Of a stretch of DNA of 64,000 nt, positions 34,473 to 44,503 are shown piece by piece (the first letter of the stretch is position 1; every line of letters begins with the position of its first letter). Origin of the DNA: a virus (Duplodnaviria > Caudoviricetes). Under the pieces are notes generated by a model. It made no database searches and was not told where the DNA came from. It saw nothing but the letters and a program-made list of their open reading frames with translations. A program made the translations under genes and the position numbers. The stretch is taken from positions 32,001 through 96,000 of IMG/VR virus record IMGVR_UViG_3300032321_001270; one strand, written 5' to 3'.

Positions 34473-37400
34473 TCACGTTACCGTCAGCGTGGCAATCCGG
34501 CTGTAGCCAATATTTGACGTACCGCAACCAGCCCGAACGCGATACTGATTGCCATTGTCAGTGCCGGCGGTTAATGCAGTGTCCGTGAGAGATGTTCCTG
34601 TCGCAAACGGAATGTCCTGCCAGCCATCTGCCCCAGCGGCGCGCTTTTGCCACTGATAAGTAAATGACGAGTACGTTTGACCGGTTGTACGACCAATACC
34701 GACGGCCGCGGCGGTAAACGTGACCGAAGCCGTAACAAGCGAGCTGATAGTCTGGTCTTGCGGCTGCGTCGTAAATGATACGCTCAACGGCTCTACAGTA
34801 AGTAGCGCGGCGTTACTTACTGCGGTTTGAAATCCGCTGCGCGCTTCAATGCGGTAATACGTGGCGTTGTCTGCAAACGTTAGGTTGTTTAATACTAATT
34901 GCGCGCTTAACGGCTGTGAAAACTGCAGCGGATATTTTTGGATTGTCGTCCAGTTGTAGCCGTCGCTGTAGTACTGCCACGAACCGCTTGGATTTCCATT
35001 GCCGTCGGCTTCGTGAATAATCCAGTATCCGTTGCTCCAAAACAGGCAGTACATGTTATCTGTTTTACGATAAAACTGTTTGAAGTTGTATGTGTTACTC
35101 CCGCCAGCAACGATGGGATAGTAATCACCGTTGATAGCATTATTTCCAGCGGTTGAAACAGTCAAATAATAGATTTTGTTTCCATTATTGAAGGCCGCGG
35201 GCGGCGAAAACGTGCCGGAGTATCTGGCAGCACGCGTAATACGAAAATCGTCAACGTAATCGTTTGCCGCAGCAAATACATATGTGCTTTTTTCTAGCGT
35301 GGTATCACCAACTTGGCCGCTGTAGGCAAAATCGCCGATGTTGACGCCGTCGACAAAGCACTTCACCGCCGACGCAGATACAGCAACATCTCTAACAATT
35401 GCAATGTGTGTCCAGTTGCCCTGAGAAACATGTTGCGTACCGCTAAATGTTTGCGCGCTACCGCCATTAATTTGCAGATACAATTTGCCAGCTTCAAGAT
35501 ATAAGTCTGTTAAATTTACGCCAAGTGTGCCGCTAGAAAACAAATAACGTTTTGTTGTAGTACTGTTGAAGTAATACCAACCTTCAACGGTAAAACTACT
35601 TAGCAACGTTATATCGCCATTGAAACCAACGGAGCCATTTGTCAGGCTATATGTTCCGTATTTTTTATTTGACGCAGTGATTGTTGAAGAATTGCTCATC
35701 ACGCCCGCAAAACGATTATCGCTAATGTCGCTGGGGCCTTTTTCAAAATTAACCAGTAACGCCACCGAACTTGAATAAGCGTCTGCGTCTGCCCAAGTTG
35801 TCGGTGCGGCGGCCGTTGGCGGCGTAAAACTCGCTGGGTAGCGCGCCCCTATATTTCCAACAGCGCCGCCTGTCGAAGATAGCGCGCCGTTCGTAATTCG
35901 AATTTGTTGCATATACCCTTCAAAGTTCACGCGACCGCGCCAAGTGTGCGGCCAGCTACCCAATACAAACGTGCTTGGCGCGAGCGGCGGATCATCAATA
36001 ACGCCGGCAAATTGCTGCGACGCACGAAAGACACCGTCAACAAATATCATTACTGTGTCGTATTTGCGCATTACGGCGATGTGGTGCCATTTATTTAAAG
36101 TTGGTGTAAAACCAGAATCAATAGCCACATCCCACCCGCTCCACCACGTACCACTTTCATTAGCATAGAAATAAATACGGTTATTGTCTTCGAGCAGGAG
36201 TAACCACCCGTTACCGTCATTTGCGCCGTGGTGTGCAATTAAACCCTGATACCCTTTCGACACGTTAGAAAATTTAAACCAACCCTCTACTGTAAAATTA
36301 TTTCCTTGCGCCGTGCCTATTAAACCGGAGGATCGCGACCACACTCTGGACAAATAACTGTTACCGTCAAAGTAAGCACTTTGTCCGCCAATGAGTCCGT
36401 TTGTAGTCGTTGTTGCTAACTGCACTGTTCCAGTAACAGTCATTGGCGTGCTTGGACTTGCAAACGACGACTGATCGTTCAAACTAGTTGTAAACGGGAA
36501 TAGCGCTGTAACGTATGAAAAATCTGCGTCGCCGGCAGCTGAAGTCGGAAAAGCGGTCGAAGGCGGCGTAAAATTAAGTGTGTAACGTGCAACACCTTTT
36601 GTCACACGCAATTCGTCAATGTACCCGTCAAAAAACGGATTGGAACTAGTGTTATCCCAGCGCCGACCAATATTAAAACCTAAAGTTGGTTCTGGAAAAG
36701 TGTAGTTAATTGTGGTGTATGCTACGCGTACACCATTTAAAAATATGAACAGCTGATTACCAGACCGTACGGTAGCCACGTGCGCCCACTGATTGAGCGG
36801 CACGTCCCGATCGGCGACTAAGTGTACGTACCAACCGTAGTAATAACTTCCAAAAAATAGCCGCTGGCCAAAACCTTCAAAACCACCACCCGCGCCGTGC
36901 ACGCCAAATGCAAAAGTTATAGGCGTGCCGACATGTTGTTCAGAAATAATACAAGCACTTTTGCCGCCCGAACGTAAATAAATCCACGCTTCAACAGTAA
37001 AATCGCCGGAACCAAAACCCATATCAACGTTTTTGGTTGTGACCGCAATTCCTGATGCGCCGTCGAATTCACCACTAGCGGTACCGTACATTTTAACACT
37101 GGAGTTGATGACGGCGCCGGGACTGTTTGTGAATGGTCGCGCGTACGAGGACAGGTCGACAAACCCCGTGTCCATTGACAAAAGCAACACGACATTTTTG
37201 AAATAAGGGTCGCCGCTCGCGCTTGTCGCTATCGTCGCGCTGTTTTGTTGAATGTACGGCACGGGAGCGGGCGCGTTGGCGTATTGCAAGTCGCCTGTAG
37301 ACGGCTCATCTCCCACCCACGGGTTACCTGTAATTGGTGTATCCGCGTTTCTACTTGCTTTCTGCCACGATACTGTAATTGGGTCTTCCCAGCGCCCGGT

Positions 37401-37631
37401 GCGATATGCGTTGGCGTCAAACGTTGCTGTAAACGTACAAGACGCATTTACGTCTGACGGGTTTTGGCCTATTCCAAAACCCTGCGCGCGCGGATCTAAA
37501 ACTGTAGGCCAACTGCTTCGCCGTCTCGCGTCAAAAGCTTCTTGCAGTCCCCATATGCCAATCGCGCCATAAGCACTCGGCTGTCCGTTATCGCGATTAC
37601 CAATATGTTCGCCGACACGACCCCGGGGCAT
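34473..37631 (-). CDS. Virion protein with about 3 LamG/ConA modules and Ig-like domains
   Basis: FTVEAWIY..WAHVATVR..YIDELRVTKGVARY repeats; C-terminal FTTQPQDQT...YQWQK Ig motif. Confidence 0.8.
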   Translation of the reverse strand: MPRGRVGEHIGNRDNGQPSAYGAIGIWGLQEAFDARRRSSWPTVLDPRAQGFGIGQNPSDVNASCTFTATFDANAYRTGRWEDPITVSWQKASRNADTPITGNPWVGDEPSTGDLQYANAPAPVPYIQQNSATIATSASGDPYFKNVVLLLSMDTGFVDLSSYARPFTNSPGAVINSSVKMYGTASGEFDGASGIAVTTKNVDMGFGSGDFTVEAWIYLRSGGKSACIISEQHVGTPITFAFGVHGAGGGFEGFGQRLFFGSYYYGWYVHLVADRDVPLNQWAHVATVRSGNQLFIFLNGVRVAYTTINYTFPEPTLGFNIGRRWDNTSSNPFFDGYIDELRVTKGVARYTLNFTPPSTAFPTSAAGDADFSYVTALFPFTTSLNDQSSFASPSTPMTVTGTVQLATTTTNGLIGGQSAYFDGNSYLSRVWSRSSGLIGTAQGNNFTVEGWFKFSNVSKGYQGLIAHHGANDGNGWLLLLEDNNRIYFYANESGTWWSGWDVAIDSGFTPTLNKWHHIAVMRKYDTVMIFVDGVFRASQQFAGVIDDPPLAPSTFVLGSWPHTWRGRVNFEGYMQQIRITNGALSSTGGAVGNIGARYPASFTPPTAAAPTTWADADAYSSSVALLVNFEKGPSDISDNRFAGVMSNSSTITASNKKYGTYSLTNGSVGFNGDITLLSSFTVEGWYYFNSTTTKRYLFSSGTLGVNLTDLYLEAGKLYLQINGGSAQTFSGTQHVSQGNWTHIAIVRDVAVSASAVKCFVDGVNIGDFAYSGQVGDTTLEKSTYVFAAANDYVDDFRITRAARYSGTFSPPAAFNNGNKIYYLTVSTAGNNAINGDYYPIVAGGSNTYNFKQFYRKTDNMYCLFWSNGYWIIHEADGNGNPSGSWQYYSDGYNWTTIQKYPLQFSQPLSAQLVLNNLTFADNATYYRIEARSGFQTAVSNAALLTVEPLSVSFTTQPQDQTISSLVTASVTFTAAAVGIGRTTGQTYSSFTYQWQKRAAGADGWQDIPFATGTSLTDTALTAGTDNGNQYRVRAGCGTSNIGYSRIATLTVT

Positions 37632-38632
37632 TATGCAATCTCCTCGTAAGAGCAGATGTATTCAAGTCGATTATCGGCGCTGGCAGTGCAGAAAATTCTG
37701 TCGCCTTCTTCAAGATATATCGGATTTTCTTTGGACAATACCGCTAGTGTACCTTGCGCCGGCACGGTAATCCGGTGAGCTATTCTTGTTTCGTTACCGA
37801 TAAATGCGCTCTGTGTTGTTTTGATAGCTGCGCCGCCAACCGCGGTAAGCACATGCGGCGCTGACACACTATCTGTAAATACGGTAGAGCCGTTTAAACC
37901 GTCAGCGTGCATTAGTAGTTTTGTGTTTGTTTCATTGTCGGTAAACGGCGCAGTGGGCACAGAAAAATCGCTTGAGTATCGTCCGATGTTGCTTGCGCGC
38001 AATTCTTCCAAATACCCGTTACCGTATTGGCCGTCCAACATTCTTCCAATACGTGGATTTGAATTGTTCGCGGTCATTGTGTCTGAATTTACAAAAGAAA
38101 CAGTGTCTTTCATGCCGTTAGTGTAAAAACTAATAATATTGCTCACACGACACACCACAATATGTGTCCATTGTTGTAGAAAAATTGGCACAGTTGAATA
38201 TTGCGTGCCTGTGGTATCAACCCACGCAAGACGATAAAAACTACTATTTACAGCGTACAAGCAATAAGAGGTATTCCCTGTCGATGCGCGTGTATCAAGC
38301 ACCGCAAAATAATTCGGCAACGAATCAAGGTAGATCCACGCCTCAATTGTGAAGTCGCCGGTAAATGTTAAACCGGCGTTGCTGTTCATTGTCAAGTAAC
38401 CGCTGTAACCGTCAAAGTAAGCAGATGACGCGGTTGTAGTTCCACCGCGACGAATAACAGCGATTAAATCGGCATTTGCTGTGCCGGTAGTATTGCTGAC
38501 AAGCAACGTGCTGACTCGCAATATTTTTCCACTGCCTGTTGGATTTATAAGTACATTCGCGCCGTCAGCCGGAATACGGCCGGCGGTTGTTTTACCGTAA
38601 ATCGCTGTCGTAGAAACGATGTTTGTTGGCAT
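37631..38632 (-). CDS. Small phage structural protein with inserted LamG module
   Basis: N-terminal NIVSTTAIYGKT and C-terminal IYLEEGD...SYEEI flank a LamG domain. Confidence 0.75.
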   Translation of the reverse strand: MPTNIVSTTAIYGKTTAGRIPADGANVLINPTGSGKILRVSTLLVSNTTGTANADLIAVIRRGGTTTASSAYFDGYSGYLTMNSNAGLTFTGDFTIEAWIYLDSLPNYFAVLDTRASTGNTSYCLYAVNSSFYRLAWVDTTGTQYSTVPIFLQQWTHIVVCRVSNIISFYTNGMKDTVSFVNSDTMTANNSNPRIGRMLDGQYGNGYLEELRASNIGRYSSDFSVPTAPFTDNETNTKLLMHADGLNGSTVFTDSVSAPHVLTAVGGAAIKTTQSAFIGNETRIAHRITVPAQGTLAVLSKENPIYLEEGDRIFCTASADNRLEYICSYEEIA

Positions 38633-38633
38633 T

Positions 38634-40784
38634 TTAGCCTCCCAAAATTAATGCGGCCCAAATTGATGGCGGTCCCGGCGGACCGCTCGGGCCGCCACTA
38701 GGACCAGTAGCTCCGATCGGGCCTGATGGTCCAGTAGGCCCTGACTGGCCCGTCAGACCGCGCGCCGCATAAACAGGTACACCGCCAATAAGAATAACCG
38801 ACGGGTCGGTAGTCCCTGTTACCGTAGGCGGAGGACCCATTGGCCCCGTCGGACCTGTTGGTCCAAACGGCCCTGTTGATCCTTGTGCGGCGTAAACAAG
38901 TACGCCATTTATGTAAATTGAATCACTGGTCGGGCCGGTTGTCACAGTTAAACCCGGGCCTGTCGCGCCTGTAGCCCCTGTCGGACCGGCAATACCAGTC
39001 GGCCCTGTTTCGCCGGCGCCGGTGGAGCCGGCAGGACCCGTGGAACCAGTTGCGCCGCGAATACCTGTTGGGCCCGCGGGGCCTGTCGCACCAGTGGCGC
39101 CTGTAAGACCGCTGAACCCACGTAAACCAGTTGCCCCGACAAGACCAATTGGCCCGGTAGCGCCTATGGGTCCAGTCGCGCCCGTGATTCCCGGAATACC
39201 CTGCGGGCCAATGGGACCTTGAATACCTGTGGGTCCAAGACCACCTTGCGCGCCAGTTAACCCCTGTGGTCCCGTTGCACCGCGAATGCCAGTGGCGCCA
39301 GTAGCGCCGCTGATACCCAACGCCCCTGTAGCACCAGTTGCGCCGACAACTCCCGAAGGCCCTGTAGGTCCTTCAATGCCAGTCGGGCCTGTAATGCCAG
39401 TCGAGCCAATTTCACCTTGTGCACCTGACGGGCCTGTCGCGCCAGCTGGTCCTACAAGCCTTCCAATGTTTTGCCAGTATGTACCGTTCCAGTAATAACC
39501 AATACCAACCGCTGCGTTAAGCGGTAAGTCTTCGTATGTCATCGCGCCCGACCCGATGATCCAGATGTCACCAATCGAGGCTGTTCCGGCGGGCGGCCAA
39601 ATCTCAGTAATCCCGTAAAGCCGGATACTTGTACCCTGTATGCCAGTTGCACCGCGTAAGCCTGTTGCACCAGTTAAACCGGTTTCACCTGCTGGACCAG
39701 TTTCTCCAGTTGGACCCTGTAAACCTGTTCCGCCCTGTGGACCGGTGGGTCCTGTAGCGCCGTTAATACCGTTAATGCCATCTAACCCAGCTGGGCCGGT
39801 GGCGCCTTGAGTACCAGTTGGACCCATTGGACCCGTTGAGCCCGTGTCGCCGGTTAATCCGGTGGCGCCATCATCGCCTTGCGCGCCAGTTGCACCCGTT
39901 GGGCCCGCTATGCCAGTCGAACCCTGACTACCTTGCGGACCAGTCGCACCCAACTCGCCGGTGGCTCCCGTCGGACCGGCAATACCAGTCGCGCCGGGCA
40001 AACCCTGTAAACCACGCGGGCCAGATATACCCTGCAATCCTTGCGGGCCGGCGGGGCCGACACTACCCTGTAAACCCTGTGGACCTGTCGGGCCGGCTAC
40101 GCCTGTTGCACCCGAGACGCCAGCCGGCCCTGTCGCGCCTTCAGCACCAGTGGGGCCGGGATCGCCGGTTGAGCCGGTTGCGCCTGTAATACCGAGAGCG
40201 CCGGTTGCACCTGTCGCGCCGAGTGCGCCTGTTGGGCCGGCTAAACCAGTGGCACCAGCAAACCCGCGCGGACCGGTTTCACCAGCCGGCCCTGTGGAGC
40301 CTTGAATGCCGGTAGCGCCTTGTAAACCTGTCGCGCCTGTCGTACCCGCTGGGCCTGTCGGCCCACTTGCACCACGAACACCGCTCGCACCCGTGGCGCC
40401 TTGTACGCCTGTAGCTCCTGTGTCGCCCGCGGTGCCTGTTGCACCTTGCGCACCAGTAGATCCAGCTGCGCCAGCTAACCCAGTAGCACCGGGCGTGCCG
40501 GTAGCGCCTGCGACGCCTGTGGCGCCTTTAGCGCCTGTTGGCCCCATTGCGCCAACTTGCCCGGAAACGCCTTGCGGGCCAGTTGCGCCACTCTGCCCTT
40601 GCGGGCCCGTTGCGCCACGAGGGCCAGAAGGACCTTGGGCAAAGATATTTAAAGCCGCGAGAAGATTACCAACAGTCGTCTTTTTGGTTGTCGGCAAACC
40701 TGACTGCTGGTCAACGATCGCTATAAGATCGTCTGCGCCCGGTATCGGCTTACTGGGCAGATCTGATATGCGCTTTTTGGCCAT
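38634..40784 (-). CDS. Collagen-like fibre protein
   Basis: Hundreds of residues of Gly-X-Y (GAT/GPT); N-terminal KKRISDLP motif; internal WNGTYW domain. Confidence 0.9.
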   Translation of the reverse strand: MAKKRISDLPSKPIPGADDLIAIVDQQSGLPTTKKTTVGNLLAALNIFAQGPSGPRGATGPQGQSGATGPQGVSGQVGAMGPTGAKGATGVAGATGTPGATGLAGAAGSTGAQGATGTAGDTGATGVQGATGASGVRGASGPTGPAGTTGATGLQGATGIQGSTGPAGETGPRGFAGATGLAGPTGALGATGATGALGITGATGSTGDPGPTGAEGATGPAGVSGATGVAGPTGPQGLQGSVGPAGPQGLQGISGPRGLQGLPGATGIAGPTGATGELGATGPQGSQGSTGIAGPTGATGAQGDDGATGLTGDTGSTGPMGPTGTQGATGPAGLDGINGINGATGPTGPQGGTGLQGPTGETGPAGETGLTGATGLRGATGIQGTSIRLYGITEIWPPAGTASIGDIWIIGSGAMTYEDLPLNAAVGIGYYWNGTYWQNIGRLVGPAGATGPSGAQGEIGSTGITGPTGIEGPTGPSGVVGATGATGALGISGATGATGIRGATGPQGLTGAQGGLGPTGIQGPIGPQGIPGITGATGPIGATGPIGLVGATGLRGFSGLTGATGATGPAGPTGIRGATGSTGPAGSTGAGETGPTGIAGPTGATGATGPGLTVTTGPTSDSIYINGVLVYAAQGSTGPFGPTGPTGPMGPPPTVTGTTDPSVILIGGVPVYAARGLTGQSGPTGPSGPIGATGPSGGPSGPPGPPSIWAALILGG

Positions 40785-40830
40785 TGTGCTATTCCTGCAG
40801 ACAGGTTTCCTGCCCTATAAAATAGCATAT

Positions 40831-41091
40831 TTAGCTGCGCCAGTCGTCAGACGTCTCGATGCGGTCTAGAGCCCGCATTAAACGAGAATCCCGCCAGTTA
40901 AAAGCGCGACCCCGTAATCGCCGGCGCGCGATATACCGTAAATGTCGTGGTTGCGCGCGGTAATAAAATTTGTTGTAAGCGCCAACGCGAAAACCACGAA
41001 ACTTATACCGCCAGTACGCTTTTTGCGCCAAGCAATAAATAGCGGCGCCAAGAATTACGCCAGCCAAAAAGAAAAGATACGAGAGCGGCAT
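40831..41091 (-). CDS. Small membrane-anchored basic protein
   Basis: N-terminal TM helix; ATG overlaps the upstream stop. Confidence 0.5.
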   Translation of the reverse strand: MPLSYLFFLAGVILGAAIYCLAQKAYWRYKFRGFRVGAYNKFYYRAQPRHLRYIARRRLRGRAFNWRDSRLMRALDRIETSDDWRS

Positions 41092-41468
41092 TACAACGGA
41101 TCCCCCTGTGAACTCGCTGGCGGCTGCGGTTCTTCAGTTTTTGGTTCTTCTTTTGGATATAGCTTTGAGTAGTAATTGTCAAGGATATTCCAACCGATTT
41201 GCGCGATATCAAAACGAACTTCTGGGTCGATTACACCCTCGTTGCCGGAACAGTAGTAGTACGAATAATCTCCCTGTGCGCGAATATTGCTAAGCATCTC
41301 GCCAGCGTAGCGCCACGAACACGTCCAGATATCTAACGGGCCGCCTTCTTTGTGTTTAAAAGCGTTATTGCAAAGAGTGCTGTAAAAAGCTCTGGCGTAT
41401 TCCTCGGATGATGTAATACGTTCGCGCAGCCAGTCTGTATCAACTACGTCTTTTTCTAGGTCGCGCAT
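41091..41468 (-). CDS. Conserved phage hypothetical protein
   Basis: FYSTLCNN...WTCSWRYAG...GDY..YYCSG.EG. Confidence 0.65.
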   Translation of the reverse strand: MRDLEKDVVDTDWLRERITSSEEYARAFYSTLCNNAFKHKEGGPLDIWTCSWRYAGEMLSNIRAQGDYSYYYCSGNEGVIDPEVRFDIAQIGWNILDNYYSKLYPKEEPKTEEPQPPASSQGDPL

Positions 41469-41498
41469 AGCTCTTTACGTATAGGGTTGTGAGACAGA

Positions 41499-41645
41499 TT
41501 ATTTGTGCGTGGCGTAGAGCATACCAACATTACTAAAAGCGTAGCCAAAAAAAGCTAACGCCAAGCCGTAATTACCTTTGCGGCACTGCTCTGCTGCCAC
41601 ATACAGATACACGGCAGCAACACTTAAAAGCAACCAGCTACTCAT
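41499..41645 (-). CDS. 48-aa membrane protein (not in ORF track)
   Basis: MSSWLLLSVAAVYLYVAAEQCRKGNYGLALAFFGYAFSNVGMLYATHK; two hydrophobic helices. Confidence 0.65.
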   Translation of the reverse strand: MSSWLLLSVAAVYLYVAAEQCRKGNYGLALAFFGYAFSNVGMLYATHK

Positions 41646-41659
41646 TAGATATTAAAAAA

Positions 41660-41696
41660 ACCCGCCGAGTGAGCATCGTTGAGAGGCCCGGCGGGT
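41660..41696 (-). terminator. Intrinsic terminator
   Basis: acccgccg/cggcgggt stem followed by a T-run. Confidence 0.75.
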
Positions 41697-41716
41697 GTGC
41701 GCATGAAATTAAACTA

Positions 41717-42139
41717 TCAACCGCCTGTCGACGGTTCCGGTGTCGGCGCCGGGGCAGGGGCAGGGGCAGGGGCAGGGGCCGGTCTTGGAGGCAGAGGAAA
41801 CGGCACCGGCGCTGGAACCGAGTTGATGGTCACCGTGCCGTCAGCGTTGGTCGTAAACGTACCAACCAGTTTCAGCGTTTCGGTCGTGCAGCCGGGCTTT
41901 ACTTCGTTGAGCAGCGCGCCAAGTTTGCCGTGCATCGAGAATACTTCGGCGGCGTCTGTACCAAGCGCAGCCGAGAGTTCAGCCGGCGAGGACTTCGGAT
42001 TCTTCCAAAAGAGTTTTACGCTCTGGTCAAACGTGTTGAGCAGGCTCTGGTATGTAGCCCGGGCGTTCTGCTTGATTTGCGCAGCTGTACGGATGGCCGG
42101 GGTGATCTCGGGAACGTTGGGCTTGTCAAGAACGCTCAT
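41717..42139 (-). CDS. Hypothetical protein with (PA)n tail
   Basis: GGAG SD; (GGGGCA)4 at 41751-41774. Confidence 0.7.
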   Translation of the reverse strand: MSVLDKPNVPEITPAIRTAAQIKQNARATYQSLLNTFDQSVKLFWKNPKSSPAELSAALGTDAAEVFSMHGKLGALLNEVKPGCTTETLKLVGTFTTNADGTVTINSVPAPVPFPLPPRPAPAPAPAPAPAPTPEPSTGG

Positions 42140-42168
42140 GGGTATCTCCAGTTATTAGGGTCTCAAAT

Positions 42169-42197
42169 AGTATAGGCGAAAACAAAAATCACGCCAA
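42169..42197 (-). promoter_or_regulatory. Sigma70-like promoter
   Basis: TTGGCG-N17-TATACT upstream of GGAG-ATG. Confidence 0.5.
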
Positions 42198-42202
42198 CAC
42201 GA

Positions 42203-44491
42203 TTACGGCAGTACAAGCGTTCTGCCGGCTGTCGTGCGCATGAAATTGATATCTAAGAAATCTGGGCGTACCTTTACGGCACGGTACGCTAAGTTTCCGG
42301 GGATCGATACCGAAAACACGATATTCTGGTTCGGGTCAAGGTTCGTGCCGTTGTTAAATTCGACGATAGCCGGATTTTCGTAGATGAAATCAGCAACGTG
42401 GCTATACGAACCGTCGAGTTCTTTTACCAGCGTGAACCCACCTTGGTAGGGCGACGTGCCTGATGTTGAGTGTGCGTGCGCTCGGAAAATACCGCGGTTA
42501 TTAGCGAGGTCAATTTCATAGGTCACGCCGCGGGCATAATTGCCATGATCGGTCTGGTCGTCGTACAGCGTAATAATTTCGTTGCCGGGCGTAAGCGGTG
42601 TAATGTCAGCAGAATGCCAACGCGCGTCATGGTTACCAGCCGGCCCGGTGTACGGATCGTTATAGACCGTAAGCCACTTCGTATTTTGCGTGGTTGCGCC
42701 GCGGGCCACATTCTGGAACGTGCCCGTGTCAGAGCAGCACGGCACACCTTGCAGTGCCCACTTTACTTCTTTCGTTGCGTAGTCGATGCAAAACGCGCCG
42801 CCCGGGTGTCGGCAACTGATAAGCAAATCGCCAGTGACAGGGTGCACGTCGATTGAATTAGCGTGAAAATAATCGTAGTGCGGGCCAATATTGAAGTACT
42901 CGTCGCTGTGCCAATCCCACACAATGGTTTGTCCGTCGGCAGACAGTTCTTGAATATACAGTTCGTTATTGGGCATGTACGTGCCGGTGCAACCGTACGC
43001 GTACGTCATCGAGATAAAGTTGCCGCGGCGGCCTTCGGGGCCGGCGATCATGTGCGACTCGTGGCACTCCCAAATAGGCTGCGAGTTTGACGAGTCGTTT
43101 TTCATCGTGTAGTTCGTGGCCGTCATCTGATTCAGGCCAAGTTCTACGGCGTATCGAGTAGCATCCCCCCACGTGTGCAGCACCAGTTTGTTCGGCACTG
43201 TACAGTGGAGCGAAGAGCCGTTATGCCGGTCGTCGTGGGTGTACCAGACAGGCGTGCCGTTTTCGTTAAACACGATGAAGTAGTTTGCGCCATTACCTTG
43301 GGACGGGTTGTACAGATAGTAGCCGGGACGATACCCGGCGGTCTTTGTCTGCACTGTGACCATCGGCAGGTCGGTCGGGATAACCCGAATAAAATACTCC
43401 TGCGCGCCGTATGTGACGTGCAGTGCTTTATTGACGTCAATTGAACCGGTTGTGTTAGCGCCGTTGATCGTCAGGCTATAAGCGTCGGTGCCGTTTGTGT
43501 CGGAGTAAATGCAGTAGTCTTGAATCGATGGATTAAACGCCGGCATTAAACTGCCGCTGCTGCCATCAATACTGACGTCAAGCGTAGTAATTTGCGCAGA
43601 AGCCGAAACCTCAACAAACATGTCAGAGGTCAGCGGCGGTTTTGGCATCAACTGGCTGATTAGCGCCGTGGCATACCAGTAGATCGTTTTGCCCGCAGCG
43701 CCAGTCGCGTCAATGGCCAGCGTATACGGTTCAACATCGTCGTCTGCTGTAGCACGAACACTGATACCAGCCGCCACAGACCAATCGTTTTCAGCGGTGT
43801 TCTCAATGATGGGGCTGCCCACAAAAACAACACCGTCACCACCTAAACCACGTTTGACGCCGCCGCGAATTGTCCACACAGCCGTTACGTCAGTCGTTAT
43901 ATCGTAAGCCGTGACTTTGATATCAAAATTCCAGATAACACCGATTGGAACTTCAAGGCGCCTAGCAGTGGATACGCCGCTAGAATAAGAAGCTACGCCA
44001 TCCAGCGCCAGTACAGTCGCCGCGTCCGAAGTGGTTTGCCCGCGCAAGTTATAGATACTGAACTGCGCGTCGCCGGGGGTGTTAAATGCGCCGCTCGAAA
44101 TCGCCACTTGACCAAAAGAACTGGCCACCGCCTGTTTGCCGATAGCCAGAGAATTTGCAGCCGTCGCAGAAGATCCGGCGCCAGCCAGTACAGCGGCATT
44201 AGCGCCAGATACTGTGTTATCTGCACCGCCGCCAATAAAGCCGTTGAGCCCAGATACGGTATTTGTGTTGCCGCCGCCGATGAAACCGTCTGTGCCTGTT
44301 ATTTCATTGTTCGTGCCGCTGTTGATGTCAGCGCCCGTAGCGTACGCAAGCAAGTTCCACGGCGTAGTCCCGTCGCCGTACTTGACCTTGTTTGTGTCCG
44401 TTTCAAGGCACGGCTCGCCCGGCTCCAGAACCGGATTCAGTTCTGCCAGATAAGCCGCCGTGCCACGTTTAACGCGAATTTCAATAGTCAT
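42203..44491 (-). CDS. Tail-fibre-anchored protein: Mtd_N-like anchor, cadherin-like sandwich, arylsulfotransferase-like propeller
   Basis: VKRGTAA..NPVLEPGEPCLETDTNKVKYGDG; PAFNPSIQDY; CHESH, FHANS, SCRH, NHDARW. Confidence 0.75.
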   Translation of the reverse strand: MTIEIRVKRGTAAYLAELNPVLEPGEPCLETDTNKVKYGDGTTPWNLLAYATGADINSGTNNEITGTDGFIGGGNTNTVSGLNGFIGGGADNTVSGANAAVLAGAGSSATAANSLAIGKQAVASSFGQVAISSGAFNTPGDAQFSIYNLRGQTTSDAATVLALDGVASYSSGVSTARRLEVPIGVIWNFDIKVTAYDITTDVTAVWTIRGGVKRGLGGDGVVFVGSPIIENTAENDWSVAAGISVRATADDDVEPYTLAIDATGAAGKTIYWYATALISQLMPKPPLTSDMFVEVSASAQITTLDVSIDGSSGSLMPAFNPSIQDYCIYSDTNGTDAYSLTINGANTTGSIDVNKALHVTYGAQEYFIRVIPTDLPMVTVQTKTAGYRPGYYLYNPSQGNGANYFIVFNENGTPVWYTHDDRHNGSSLHCTVPNKLVLHTWGDATRYAVELGLNQMTATNYTMKNDSSNSQPIWECHESHMIAGPEGRRGNFISMTYAYGCTGTYMPNNELYIQELSADGQTIVWDWHSDEYFNIGPHYDYFHANSIDVHPVTGDLLISCRHPGGAFCIDYATKEVKWALQGVPCCSDTGTFQNVARGATTQNTKWLTVYNDPYTGPAGNHDARWHSADITPLTPGNEIITLYDDQTDHGNYARGVTYEIDLANNRGIFRAHAHSTSGTSPYQGGFTLVKELDGSYSHVADFIYENPAIVEFNNGTNLDPNQNIVFSVSIPGNLAYRAVKVRPDFLDINFMRTTAGRTLVLP

Positions 44492-44503
44492 GATAACTCA
44501 GTG

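Noticed and set aside
40810-40836. AGCTAAATA as an eighth promoter
   Set aside because: There is no ATAT element at the 17-nt spacing, and the match overlaps a stop codon.
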